Shown: positions 9,961 through 21,621, numbered from the stretch's first letter. The stretch: DNA of 34,507 nt from Octopus bimaculoides (GCF_001194135.2 NC_068984.1:92266036-92300542); one strand, 5' to 3'. Notes: generated by a model from the letters alone, not told the origin. Numbers and translations: made by a program.

Positions 9961-10774
9961 TGAGTCATCTAAAACGATGTCAATACTGCTACAGTCATTT
10001 GAGAAAGTTCTAAGAATATGCTCTTCCTTTTCAATGTCAATGATCCTGAAAGGGGTATTGGGCATTATCCTTCTTCTAAGACAACAAATAAAAAATATGG
10101 GGTTTTTCACTTCGTTAATTTCGGTTTGGATCGTATTACATTTGATATTTACCATTTAAAAGCTGTTTTATTGCATAATTTCACAAATACGGTTTTAAGT
10201 TTTCAAATTAGCAGTTTATATTAGGTTCAACAATAATCACCACGATTATTTTCATTATTTTATTATCGATAAAACCGATAAGGCTGACATGATTTCTGCT
10301 GGTGCCTTTATTGTTCAATAATAGAGAATAATAGAGAATTATACATATTTAAATTGCAAGTGTCAAAAGTATGAATCATCTTTACATGTATCGAGAATAT
10401 GAGTTACCTTTATATATCTTAACGGTACTATTTTATCTATTTCAGATTCTGAAATTGTGCTCAATAATGAGAAAGGTACAGTTCATGGAATATTTGCTTC
10501 TCTGCTTTTCTTTTGAGTCCTTCAATTTTATAATGTTATTTTTTTAACAGAAACTCCCTCTATAGCACAAAGTCAGTAAGCTTGAACTCCAATACCCGCT
10601 ATGCAACGCTATGGAGAATACAGAGCTTATGGCCGGTGGCGAAAACAAGCTACAAAACAACACTTGCAACAAAGCAGTAACACATCTTTTCGTCTGTTCA
10701 TTCATACTTTCGTAATTGTTCGAAAAAGCAACCTTGAGGCGATGAATAATTTATACAAAGAGAGAAAATTCTTT

Positions 10775-10982
10775 TCTACTCTAGGTACAAAGCCTGAAAT
10801 TTGGGGGGAGGGGCCAGTCGATTAGATCGGACCAGTACGCAACTGGTACTTAATTTACCGACTCCGAAAAGATGAAAGGTAAAGTCGACCTCGGCGGAAT
10901 TTGAACTTACAACGTAAAGACAGACGAAATAGTGCTAAGCATTTCGCCCGACGTGCTAACGTTTCTGCCAGCTCGCCGCCTT
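10775..10982 (-). mobile_element. tRNA-derived SINE family A, near full length
   Basis: Minus strand AAGGCGGCGAGCTGGCAGAAACGTTAGCAC (A-box-like)...GTTCAAATTCC (B box)...CTTTCATCTTTTCGGAGTCGGTAAATTAAGTACCAG...GGCTTTGTACCTAGAGTAGAAAAG. Confidence 0.9.
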
Positions 10983-11229
10983 GCAAAGAGAAAAATTGAA
11001 GTAATTTTTCATGGAAAAGGAAATTAAGTAACTTTACATAATTCAAATTAAAATTCTATCAAATGTAAACACCGGAATATAGATTTTTCCTGCAGATTGG
11101 GTATATGTTTTTGTCTTGTTTCTTTTTTTTTTTTTTTTGCAGAAGTAACGTCCTGACTTAAACGGGGAAATTTTTGTAAGAAAAAAAAATCCCCTAGAAC
11201 AATCAGTTATTATTTTCTCTTTCACAACT

Positions 11230-11760
11230 CATTTCATTGCTCCCTGGTGTGCATGTAAAAGTGTGTGGACTGGGGCATGTTTTAAGTATGATATTCTTCG
11301 GTAAAACTAAGGTTTGCAAAGTGCAACATGACAGCTCTGTGCGTGCTGCATTAGTTCGAGTGGCTGTATTGAATACTGTGGCACCTATGTTTTGGAAAAG
11401 CTTTATTATTGACGATCTTTGGGGATTAGGATAGCATCTGCTCTTAACATAACACTCAAGAAGTATCCATGGAATTTCTATCCTCCTGAAAAATGGCCAA
11501 CATTCTAGTGACATCAAGTATCTGAAAGATATCGAATGGAGTTTCCAAATCCACCAATATGGACTTTGGACAAATCGAAACAACATCTTGATCGTACTTA
11601 GATATATTACTTACAAGGTGAAGCATATTTATATCGCTGCTTTTATCAATATTTTGTAAGGATAACTTAGGTAGGACATCTAACCAAGGAAACAGTTGCA
11701 GGAAGTTGAACGTGTCGCTTCAGTACAGAAAGCATTGCAGCAAGCCAACGAGACGGAAAT
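11230..11760 (-). mobile_element. Possible heavily decayed RTE-like LINE C-terminus
   Basis: Only weak resemblance (e.g. QRSSIIKLFQNIGATVFNTATRTNAAR to the DR..WR...GA..FE region); no intact motif. Confidence 0.3.
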
Positions 11761-12159
11761 ATAAAGTGTCTTAAAATATGTCTTTTAAAGCATGTCTTAA
11801 AATATTAGTGCTTATTATAAAATAAATTCCTCTTTAAGGTTCAGTTGCCACATTTTCCTAAACCAAATTTCAAATGTATTTCTCTATTAATTCCTGTACT
11901 TTCTGCAACATTATGTCCAACTGTTTATCACCTGCGGCGTACAAATCGAGGTTGCCTATATACAAAAGTTGGTTGATTGCTTGCCTAAAGTATATGTATC
12001 TGAGTCCGGTCTGGTCCGGAATGTTGGTTAAAGCTGTTAACATTGGGTAGAAAAATGGTGGGGAGAGAGAAAAGAAATTTCCTCTTGTAATAGAAATGTT
12101 TTCATGACATGTTTGATATACTTTGCCTTTTAGTGATGCTACTCATGCCTGATGTTTCT

Positions 12160-12480
12160 TGAACCCACGGTCAGGGACACTGTCGAAAGCATTCTGGTAA
12201 TCAGTCCATGCCACGATCAGATCCTTCTTTTTCCACACTTTTCATTTGTGGTTATTTTTTTTTCAACAAATCTCTTTACAGTTATGATAAGCCTTATGCA
12301 GCATCTTTTCTTTGTTCTTCTGGAAATTGCTTATTTTCAGTTAAACATGTATCCTCTGTAAGGATCTTAATGGATCTTTAGTTTTGGATTTTGTTCTCTA
12401 TTTATTTGGGGGGGGGGAATGATTTATTCCCAGCGGGGATTCAGGTTTTCCTTTTGTTTCTTTCAATAAATCATTGCATA
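12160..12480 (-). mobile_element. R4/Dong-like RT fragment
   Basis: Minus strand ...QFPEEQRK...VAWTDYQNAFDSVPDRG corresponds to the AWIDYKKAYDSVPHSW RT motif. Confidence 0.75.
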
Positions 12481-12789
12481 TTTTTTGCCAGCACTTTGTG
12501 TGTAGCTGTCTCGCTCGAAACTTCTCCCTTTCAGTTTTCCATTTGTTCATTTTTATTTATCTATTTACTTATTTATTTATTTATTTATTATTTTGCCGTC
12601 TGAGATACTTATATTTCTATTTCTGTCTATGATTGTCCATGTGGTGCACATTTTGTTTTGAGCAGTGTCATCCGCAGCGATCTGTTCATTGTTAATTCTT
12701 CTCAAAAATACCTTTATTTCTCTTATGTTTTGGCCCTGCTTTGATTTCTGTGTTACGTAATTCTTCATCTAGAATTATTTGACTGCTGA

Positions 12790-12880
12790 ACTGGCAAAAT
12801 CGTTAGAACGCCGGACAAGGGCATTTGTTTTATTTCTTTATCCCACTGAGTGTGGCTTTACCTTTCATCCATCTGAGCCT
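12790..12880 (+). mobile_element. Degenerate SINE family A fragment
   Basis: GAACTGGCAAAATCGTTAGAACGCCGGAC...CTTTACCTTTCATCC similar to the family A head and body. Confidence 0.6.
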
Positions 12881-13195
12881 AGTTCTTGAATAAGAAATTA
12901 GTTGTAGTAGTATGTATAGTACATAAAATGTTTGTAGAGTACAGTAATAAATAAATACGATTAAAATATTTAGCTTGGTCACCCATATTTCAAGTTTAAA
13001 TTCCGATGTTACATTTTACAAAACCGGAATCAATTAAGTATCAACTGAGAATAAATTTAAAGCTATTTACCATGTAAAAATATTTTTTCTTCTTTTTTAT
13101 TATTCTGCTTGGAAGAGTGTATGTATTTATGCATATGTGCACGTGCATGTGTGAACATGCGTGTATATATATCTATATTGATATTAGATGTTACA

Positions 13196-13392
13196 TAAGG
13201 CAACAAACTAGCAGAATCGTTATTACGCCGGGAAAAATGCTTAGCGTGTTCAAATTCCCCCGAGATCGACTTTACCTTTCATCCTCTCGGGGTCGATAAA
13301 ATGAGTACAGGTTGAGTATTGGGGTTGATGTAATCAACTTACCCCTCCCCCGAACCTGCCGATAGCCTTATGCCAAAATTTGCAACCAATAT
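13196..13392 (+). mobile_element. SINE family A copy
   Basis: TAAGGCAACAAACTAGCAGAATCGTTA...GTTCAAATTCC...CTTTCATCCTCTCGGGGTCGATAAAATGAGTAC...CCTTATGCCAAAATTTG. Confidence 0.85.
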
Positions 13393-13754
13393 TAAATGTT
13401 ACACTACCTATGATGGTATGTCACATGTATATTATTGTAAAATTCTAGAGACTGGTAAGAGAGTGTGAATGAATAGACATGCAACAATCACAGTCACTGT
13501 TTAAAGCTAGTAATTGATGTAAAAAGAAAATTAGTTAAAAAATATGAAGGAGACTCGGAGATAGGAAATGCTCTCTATAAAGTAAAGTATAAAATATTTA
13601 CCATAGAAATATATTTATTCATATCCTTTGATCGATAACAACTTGATTATAAATGAGAGAAAGGATACCTTAATAAATCGAATAGGAATCGGCTGAGTTG
13701 TAGAGATTCTGTTTGAAATTTTTCCATTCATTATAGCTGAATACATAATGCGGT

Positions 13755-13915
13755 AAATTGACAGTTGTTAGAGCGCTGTCTAAGTGTGCTGATTTTCGGT
13801 GTTCAGCGTTCAAATCCGGGCAAGATCAACTTTACTTTTCCTCCATTCGGGGTCGACATAGATTAAGTATCAGACAAGCACTAGGGTTAATGTACAGTAC
13901 TCCTCAGTCAACTCT
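13755..13915 (+). mobile_element. Diverged SINE related to family A
   Basis: GTTCAAATCCGG B box followed by TCAACTTTACTTTTCCTCCATTCGGGGTCGACATAGATTAAGTA. Confidence 0.6.
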
Positions 13916-14448
13916 AATGTATCTAAATCCGTTCAGTAGTTTTTTACAATTAGTTATTGTTATTTTATCCTACCTTATCTCAAATCAAATGTGCATTTGA
14001 CCCAATGTTCCAACTGTGACCATCTGTCATTTGTTTAGACATATAGTATTTGGGTCTATATTGGGTCTACATAAATATACGGTGATGTAATTATTTGGTG
14101 TCACTCTTAATGTTAAGTATTTTTCTTGGTTCACATATTTCTAAGATCGAAAGTTCTCGCGCTGGGATCCTTTTTTTCTCTTCACTTAAACACACCAATT
14201 TACAGATAAGAAGCATATGTCAGTACCTGTTATGATGGAATGATGGATTAGTGTCATAGAATTGGTGTATCAATGAATTTTATTTCGTTTATAAATACAT
14301 CTTCATACGCAAATCGACCCTCTTGCTAATTAAAATGGTTAGGATATAAAGCAAGAAAGAAAAAACAAAATATTTAATTAATATTATTTGATATTCTTAA
14401 AAGGAAATCATTCTTAATATTAATCTATAAATTTTATTTTATTTCTAG

Positions 14449-15036
14449 GGTGCAAAAATATATCTGCTGATGTGTTTTTTCTTCTTGATTCGTCGTCTAG
14501 TATCCTTGAAGTTGATTTTAAAAAGCAGCTGAATGCTGTGGAAGATATCATAGATACCTATAGCATTGGCTCTGATAAAGTGCGTGTCGGGTTATCATTA
14601 TTTAGCAACACTTACAAACCAGTCATAGATTTGAAAAATGGAGATGAAAAGTCAACTATTATTAATAAAATCAGAAGTGTTCAGTACCTAAGAGGCGGAA
14701 CGAATACTGGCGTTGCTTTGAACAAAGTTAGAACTGAAACATATAATGAAAAATCTAGTAGAAACCGTTTTTTGATTATATTTACTGATGGACAATCACT
14801 TCAAAAAACCTTCACAATAACAGAGGCTCAAAAACTCAAAGAAAATGGTGTAGTTATTTTTGCTGTTGGAGTCGGGCCGTTTGTTGATCAAGACGAATTG
14901 AATGCAATATCCAGTAATCCTTCGGAAGAATTTGTTTTGAAATTTGTGAACATGGACCAGCTGTCGAATAAAGTGAAATTTCTAAGCAATAAAACATGCA
15001 CAAAAATTGCTGAAAATATACCAAGGGATCAAGAGT
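14449..15036 (+). CDS. Internal exon encoding one complete VWA domain with intact MIDAS
   Basis: Acceptor TTTCTAG| at 14448, phase 1, compatible with the exon ending 7226 (A+GG=Arg). CKNISADVFFLLDSSSS (DxSxS)...VRVGLSLFS...GGTNTG...IIFTDG...VIFAVGVG...ELNAISS...KTC. Phase-1 donor |GTCAGT at 15037; the 3' boundary is less certain. Confidence 0.9.
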
Positions 15037-16030
15037 GTCAGTAAATCATTTTTATCTACATATGATAACTAGCTTTTCAATGGATTACATTAGATTGTAT
15101 CATAGTTGGTTATATTATATGATTATATTGTATTGAAGTTTAACATCTAGAGTTGAGATTATATGAATTAACTTGAAACTAGATTTTAAAAATCAAAAAC
15201 ATTTATAGTCGCTAAGAAAGTGTGAATCACTTAACCATTGTGTAGAAATTTACATTTATCATGTTACATTGGACACTATCATAGTGTCTTTCAGTAGAAT
15301 AAAGTGGTGCTGTTTCTCGTCTTCTTCGGGAAGGAATGAAACGTAATATTTCTAGCCGAGCTCAATATTGCCTCTCATACTTCTGAAGACAATGAAATAT
15401 GTACTATTGAACTGCTTCATGCAAAAATGGTTTTCATTTATTGTGGTTGGTAAAATATGTACTAGTGAAGTTGTCTGGCAAAACATATGGGCCTCTTACA
15501 AATATATTAAACTGAAAAGTATGTGGCAATTCATGTCTGTTTCAGTAGAATTAACGACTTAAAATAGGCGAATCAAAAGTATACTGTGCATATATGTATT
15601 TCGCAGCAAATACTGTACCCATGGATTCGATATATTCTGTGAAATATAAAAACATATTATAAAGGAATCGGAATTCAGATATCAATTACGATTGGTTATT
15701 TAGAAAAGGATGTGTCCGTAACACGTAGCATTATGTTCATGAAATGCAACGTAAAAGTCAGAACAATGGAAGAAATTCCCTTTTCCAGTTAATGTCTAAA
15801 AGAAGTAAATGAAAAGAAATGTTCAGTTAGTTGACTTTGAACTGACCAATCTATAAAATATTTTTTGATATCCAATCGATATAGGAAAACGATTAATATC
15901 ACCTAGCTTTGTGTCAGAATTGAATAATGTTAGTAGTCTACTAAAATATATGTATAGAAATTGCACTGTATTTCCTGTATTACAGTATTTCAGTATCTAT
16001 TTAAACTTCTTTTTTTTTTTACTTTTACAG

Positions 16031-16578
16031 ATTGCAAATCAACCAAAATTAGCGATTTTGTATTTGCTCTAAGCAACAACTATTTGGGACATAGAAAAAC
16101 AACATACATTCTCAAAGCTCTTGATGATATTACTGGAAGAAAGTCAATCCGTGAAAAATTCAGATTCGGAATGGTTTTTGATAGGTGCCCATATTTACAG
16201 GATATTTCATTTAAGTACGAAGATAGTAATCAGAAAGTCCAGCAACAAATCATGAAATATAAAAATAAACCACTTTATACAATATTCGAAAAATTAAACA
16301 ATTTTGAATATTCAAAGTCCTTGAATCGAAGAGTAAATCTCGTATTTGTTGATGAATCCATGCCTTTAGATAACCTTAAGTTGCTAGCTGAGTTAGCTCG
16401 CAAAAACATGGAAATTTACATTGTGGCAATTGGAACAAAGATGAATTTTAAGGACATCGAAGCTGTTCCTTCAAGCCATATTATCTTCATACCGTCATAT
16501 GAAGTTTTACTTTCGAAGTTTTATCATAAATTCGCCGAATATTTTTGCGTTAAAGCTAGAGATGTTGAATTATCTTAA
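16031..16578 (+). CDS. Terminal exon encoding a degenerate (MIDAS-less) VWA domain
   Basis: Strong acceptor (T)nACTTTTACAG| at 16030, phase 1. CKSTKISDFVFALSNN...FRFGMVFDRCP...VNLVFVDE...MEIYIVAIG...HIIFIPSYEVL...YFC...ELS*, stop TAA 16576-16578. The three exons total 1575 nt = 524 aa plus stop. Confidence 0.85.
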
Positions 16579-16590
16579 TACTTTAAACTT

Positions 16591-16644
16591 AATTATCCAT
16601 ATAATGCAGAAAAATACGTATTTTTCTGCATTATATGGATAATT
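16591..16644. repeat. Perfect 54-bp palindrome in putative 3' UTR
   Basis: AATTATCCATATAATGCAGAAAAATAC|GTATTTTTCTGCATTATATGGATAATT; the two 27-nt arms are exact reverse complements. Confidence 0.97.
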
Positions 16645-16813
16645 TATCCTGATCACGCTATTTATAGCATTATCACGCGTTTGAGAAATAAATTTATTTC
16701 TGTATCTTACAATACATCTCAGCGCTTCATTTTAAACTTAATGTTAAGTTTTAGACTTTTAAGCATAAACTTCTAACAGTTATAACAACTAAGAGCATAA
16801 AATTCTATAATTG

Positions 16814-16819
16814 AATAAA
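16814..16819 (+). promoter_or_regulatory. Candidate polyadenylation signal of the VWA gene
   Basis: AATAAA followed by a U/GU-rich tract (TTGTTTTTGTT ~16847-16857); another AATAAA at 16687-16692. AT-rich DNA makes chance hits likely. Confidence 0.45.
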
Positions 16820-17881
16820 AATATACCAATGTAATGTAATAACTATTGTTTTTGTTATTAACTTGCTTCAACTTTTCATGTAAAGATCATACATTTCTGA
16901 ATACTGTCATTCAACTATACCCCGATGGTTTGGAATAAAATACGGAAAAATACAGTAGCAACAAAAGTAATCTGTATTTACGAGGAGTTTAACATATTGT
17001 TTTCTTTACTGACAAAAATACAAAATCGACAATTATTAAAAATGTTCTTAATACGAATTCTTAAGAAGAAAACAATTGTGAATGACAACGTGATAAAGGT
17101 TAAACTTAAATTGAAACGCTATAAACGTTATACTGAAAAATAGAATATCTAATGAAGCATATGGAATCTCAGACTTTACTTAATTATGTGCAATATTTGA
17201 AAACATGTCTATGTAAAGTTTGGCTGTCAGCCCGGGCGCTTCAGTGATTTCACAGGGGCACGCCGTCCATCATGCCCCCCCCCCCATGCATGTTATTAAT
17301 TATCAACATTTGCCATTCCCCTGTCCTGAAGCAATTTATCAACATAGGTTAGACGTTTTTTTCCCCTGTTAATTCTTCCTTCGACTGACTATCATAAGAC
17401 CAGTTAACGCACAGGTTCTTTTAGGTGCCTAACGCGATGACCAGAAATTCTCCTTCTTCTCGGTCACTTTGGGTATATTTTGATAGAAATACTCTTCTGT
17501 TAAATGAACTTTCCATGTAACATTCAGAGTCATTCTTAACATTTTTGTGTTGCAGCCGTCTATTTGTTTTTCAAGGAAATTCAACATAAGTGCATATCAT
17601 ATATAACATTTCAACCTGCTGTAATTAGGGAAATAGAACAGGTGACAGTATAAAAGCAGAAATGATAGTCTAACTCAAAATACATCTAATTGAACAAACT
17701 TATGATCGAACATTTTCCAGCTGTAACCATCTTCATTTTCAGGCGTATAGGACAACCTTTTCCTAGATACTCTTCTTTATTTAAAGTGGTAAAGTGTGAT
17801 TTGAGGATAATTTGACAGCTATCACTAAACGCTTAACAACTTTCTTTGTTGGCTTGTCATAAAGTGCTTGTTGGTGTATTG

Positions 17882-18188
17882 TAGAGGTTCTAAAAACTTT
17901 TTGAGCCACCGCCTCCTCTCTTTGCCACATAATACCCTCAGCGCCCCACCCCTAATTTTATGTATAAATAAATATTTTATATTTTACTAAATTATATATA
18001 TCATGAATCATTTGATATTTAATATAATATTATATAATTTGTATACAATACTATAATAATATTATAATAAATTCACTGCCTTCCTCCCAACGCCTCCTTT
18101 TTCTCTATCGTCCCCTTAGGCACCAGCGCCCATCTGGACCGTCTCAACGTCCACCAGGGGGCGGTAGCGCCCACTTTGAGAACCTATG
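17882..18188. mobile_element. hAT (Charlie-like) MITE with 8-bp target site duplication
   Basis: Ends TAGAGGTTCTAAAA... and ...TTTGAGAACCTATG (rc CATAGGTTCTCAAA); flanked by GTGTATTG at 17874-17881 and 18189-18196, with central TA as in Charlie-type targets. Confidence 0.8.
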
Positions 18189-19767
18189 GTGTATTGTGTG
18201 ATGAAGTAGAGACAAAAGATTAGGATAGAGTTATATGTAAAGAAAAACGAAAGATATATAACTATTTTATTTTTAGTTCCAATCCTCTTGTCTGGCAAAA
18301 TAAACCGCATTTCAACACCAATAGGTTATTCTTTTGCCATTCTTTCATATTTTACAAGAATGAGACAAATACCAGTTGTTCTTTATTTTTAGTACTGACA
18401 AACATACAGTAGTATGTTTGTCAGTACTTTATATCGTTGTGTATATGGTATTCATGCAAACTCAAATGGAGAATTTTTTTAATGCTTAATGAATCTTTAT
18501 TGTTGATTTTGTTGAATGCTTCATTAGGATGCAAATCAATTTTTTCGTTTTGTTTTGTGAAGTATCCCAAAATTTCCAGATTTCTATGAAATGATTTTTT
18601 ACACTGACCAATGCATTAATGGTGATTAGTATAAGTGTAAAATCTATAGTCGAAGAGCAATGCTATTTATACATCATGTGTATGCGTAATCTCAGATAAT
18701 GCTGTATCATTTAAAAAGAAAATATTTCTAGATCATAAAGTAATTCTAGTAAACAAATCTAACTGAACTCACAGCACGCAAATCAATTGATGCATTCCAT
18801 TCAGAGATCCAGAAATGCAAAACTGCTAGTCATGTATTTCGTCACATACCCAGTAAGTAAAATACCAATCTAGTTTAAGAATATAATGTTACAAGCTTAT
18901 CGTACATTTAGCAGTATATCACTTTGTGGTACAATTTAGCTGTCTTCATTTCTTTTAAGTGTGTAAGTCTAGATCGCTTGAATTCCTACGAACTGTCACT
19001 TTACGGAAAGTTATCTTGAGGCGGTGAGTCAACAGAAATGGGAGAATGATAAAGTCTGTCCTTCTGATTACACACACTGCTAAGGTTAATGACTTCGATG
19101 TTTCGAGAAATGTCTAATATATGTTCTTAATAATAGCAATGCAATATATTTCCGTATCATTTCTTGTTTTGTAAAATCAGTACATTTCTTTCTTCATTAG
19201 AAGCTTGATTTGTAATGCTTATGCACTTGTACTCACGCCCGAATTCAACAAATGAATATTACTTTACTCAGGGGACCAACTAGGTTTTTACTTCCATGGC
19301 TTATTGTAGATATAAATGTCAGAACCCTACATGAAATTAAGGTATATCGACTGAATCCCACTCTGAGCCTTAGTTTCATCTTCAATAACTAAGCAATGGA
19401 TTATTTCTGTATTTTATAGGTTAATTTATTTTGTCTCGCCTCTTTCTGGAAGGATACAACTTGAAGTATTGAATCATTTGTGCTAGTAATTTTAATAGCA
19501 AGTGTACAATTTTGAAAATAATGATGCTTTCATTTCATTATTACAGGTAGCTACACATTTTTCCAATATGAAAAATACTAATGTATAAATAGTATGATGG
19601 TGTTACAGAGAATCAGAGAGGAAAGGGTTAAAGCAAAAATGTTATATACGAAATAGAAGCAACACTAAATATAATAAGTATTACCAACCACATATACTTA
19701 ACGTACATTCATCGTGCATTTGCCAGTAGGCTGCGATTTGGTGTGGTGAAGAATACTCTCAAAGTGG

Positions 19768-20193
19768 CGGTGTTAAAACACCTGAAATTCATGTACAGGC
19801 AAGATAACTCACCTCCAATCCCATCCAGGAGTGATGGACATCGATGTTTCGCCATTTTTTGTGGATTGTTAATATCATGTACCCGAACAAGATCGGAGAT
19901 AAGTCATGTCACTAATCTACGACTAGCGTGTAAATAGCGTGCAAACTATGTGCTGGTATGCCTGGACAATGCATACATAAGAATAAATTCAAATATGAAA
20001 TTGAAGCAGCGCTAATGTAATAAACTTTATCAACCAGATATTCTTAACATATATGCTTTGTGCATTCGTGCATTTTCGGGTACGTGATATTGATAAGCCA
20101 CAAAATGAGTAAAACATCGGTGTCCATCACTCCTGGATTGGATTAGAGGTGAGTTATCTCGTCTGTTCATGAATTTCAGGTATTTTAACAGTG
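19768..20193. mobile_element. MITE/foldback element with ~120-bp imperfect terminal inverted repeats
   Basis: 19771-19887 is the reverse complement of 20075-20190 at roughly 85% identity by eye; the right terminus reads CACTG on the minus strand (CMC/EnSpm-like); no clear TSD. Confidence 0.75.
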
Positions 20194-20194
20194 T

Positions 20195-21612
20195 CCGGTC
20201 AATTCGTCGACGGCAATTTGTCATTGTTTAATTTTTCCTCAGTCAATTCGTCGTTGGTCAATTCGTCCTCAGGTCAATTTGTCGTCAGTCAATTCGTCGA
20301 GATCATATGATAAATGCAAGAACGAATATCTGAATTTAAAGAAAAACGTTTATTTTAAGACTTGCTGTATTACATATTTATTTTTTTATTAAAATTTAAG
20401 ATTGCGTGCAATTACATTTAGAAAAATAATTTTTTGGCTTAGATCACATTTTTCCATGATATTTTTTATACACAGGTTCATATCTCTTTTTTTTATTATT
20501 TTGGCTTGGTTCTTCTCCTTGCATAAACTTCTGCAATTCCTTACATTTAATCACATCAATAAGTTTCCAAATATTTGGATGGCTAATATTCACTGTGTTT
20601 TTCAGCGCCCTGTAATAGGCTTCTAAACTATTTGTAGTACAAACAATCCCCATCATACAAAGAGCCCAAACATTCCATATAGGTAATGGAAATGGAGGTT
20701 CAAGGCGTCGCCTCCTCTGTCCTCTTCCTCTAGGTCGTTCTATATAATTATTTTCAAAATAGGATACAACTGATTGTGAAATATCATCATCATCTACAAG
20801 TTGTTCATATCCATCTACAACATCATCAACTGGCAGGAAGGCAAGGGCAACAAAACACCACAGTTTTGTACTAAAACTCATCTTCGTGATATCTGCATTT
20901 TAGTCCTTCTTGCACAACATGCTTGTACACATTTTGTCCTAAATGAAACAAGCAGTATGCCAAATTCGACCCAGGAAAGGATTCCAGAAATCTGTTACGG
21001 GCTGCTTTTTCGAAGTGCATAATTATATTATCAGGTCCTTCATTCTGCAGTAATTAATTTATTTTGGCAAAATGTCTACTATAAGTATCTTGACTTTTGT
21101 CAGAGGGCAGTGTGAACAATCGTTGGGCATTAAAATTATCAATTTGAATGTGAAATATATATAAATGAAAAACTATACTAGAGCATCACTTAAATGTTCC
21201 ATCTGCGGCCTAGTTCTTGTGCTGTTTTAACTGTCGAAGTGCTTCGTTACTTGCAAATATTAATATTCGTTTTGAATCTTTCATTCCGCTATCATACTGT
21301 AAAAACTTTTCATCATTGTCAAGGTAGGAGTATTCACTTGGAATGGAAAACCCAACATTTGTAAGTATAGTTGGGATCAGTTTGCTTCCAACGTCTAATA
21401 TTCCTATTAAGTTGTGCAAATAGAGATGTTTGCGACAATGCACAGTCGTTTAAATTCGGTAAACTCAAAAGCGATATTTGAGCGAGGGGCATCACGAAAT
21501 GAAATAGACTTAACTTTAATATTTGAAACTATTCTCCTTGCATTTACTTCTGCAGCAGTTGAAGCATGTAGCTGATGTCTGGTCAATATTGCGATACTGC
21601 GATTTCTTACAT
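20195..21612 (-). mobile_element. MULE (Mutator-like) DNA transposon relic: transposase pseudogene plus terminal region with subterminal repeats
   Basis: Minus strand: FLQYDSG...RILIFAS...ADGTFK (~21200), LPSDKSQDTY, IMHFEKAA...YCLFHLGQNVYKHV, ALAFLP...YFENNYI...PPFPLPIWN...TNSLEAYY...HPNIWKLI; stops and frameshifts present. GTCAATTCGTC motif repeated ~6 times at 20198-20300. Confidence 0.88.
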
Positions 21613-21621
21613 AATTATTAT

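Noticed and set aside
10900-10982. tRNA-like A/B boxes (also 32720-32780)
   Set aside because: Heads of multicopy SINEs; no complete cloverleaf or Pol III terminator, so not tRNA genes.
13920-14140. Possible Penelope-like coding remnant
   Set aside because: Only a vague impression; no diagnostic GIY-YIG or RT motif could be read.
20198-20300. Short direct repeats that resemble a CRISPR array
   Set aside because: 11-bp units with 4-30 bp irregular spacers, eukaryotic context, no cas genes; they are transposon subterminal repeats.
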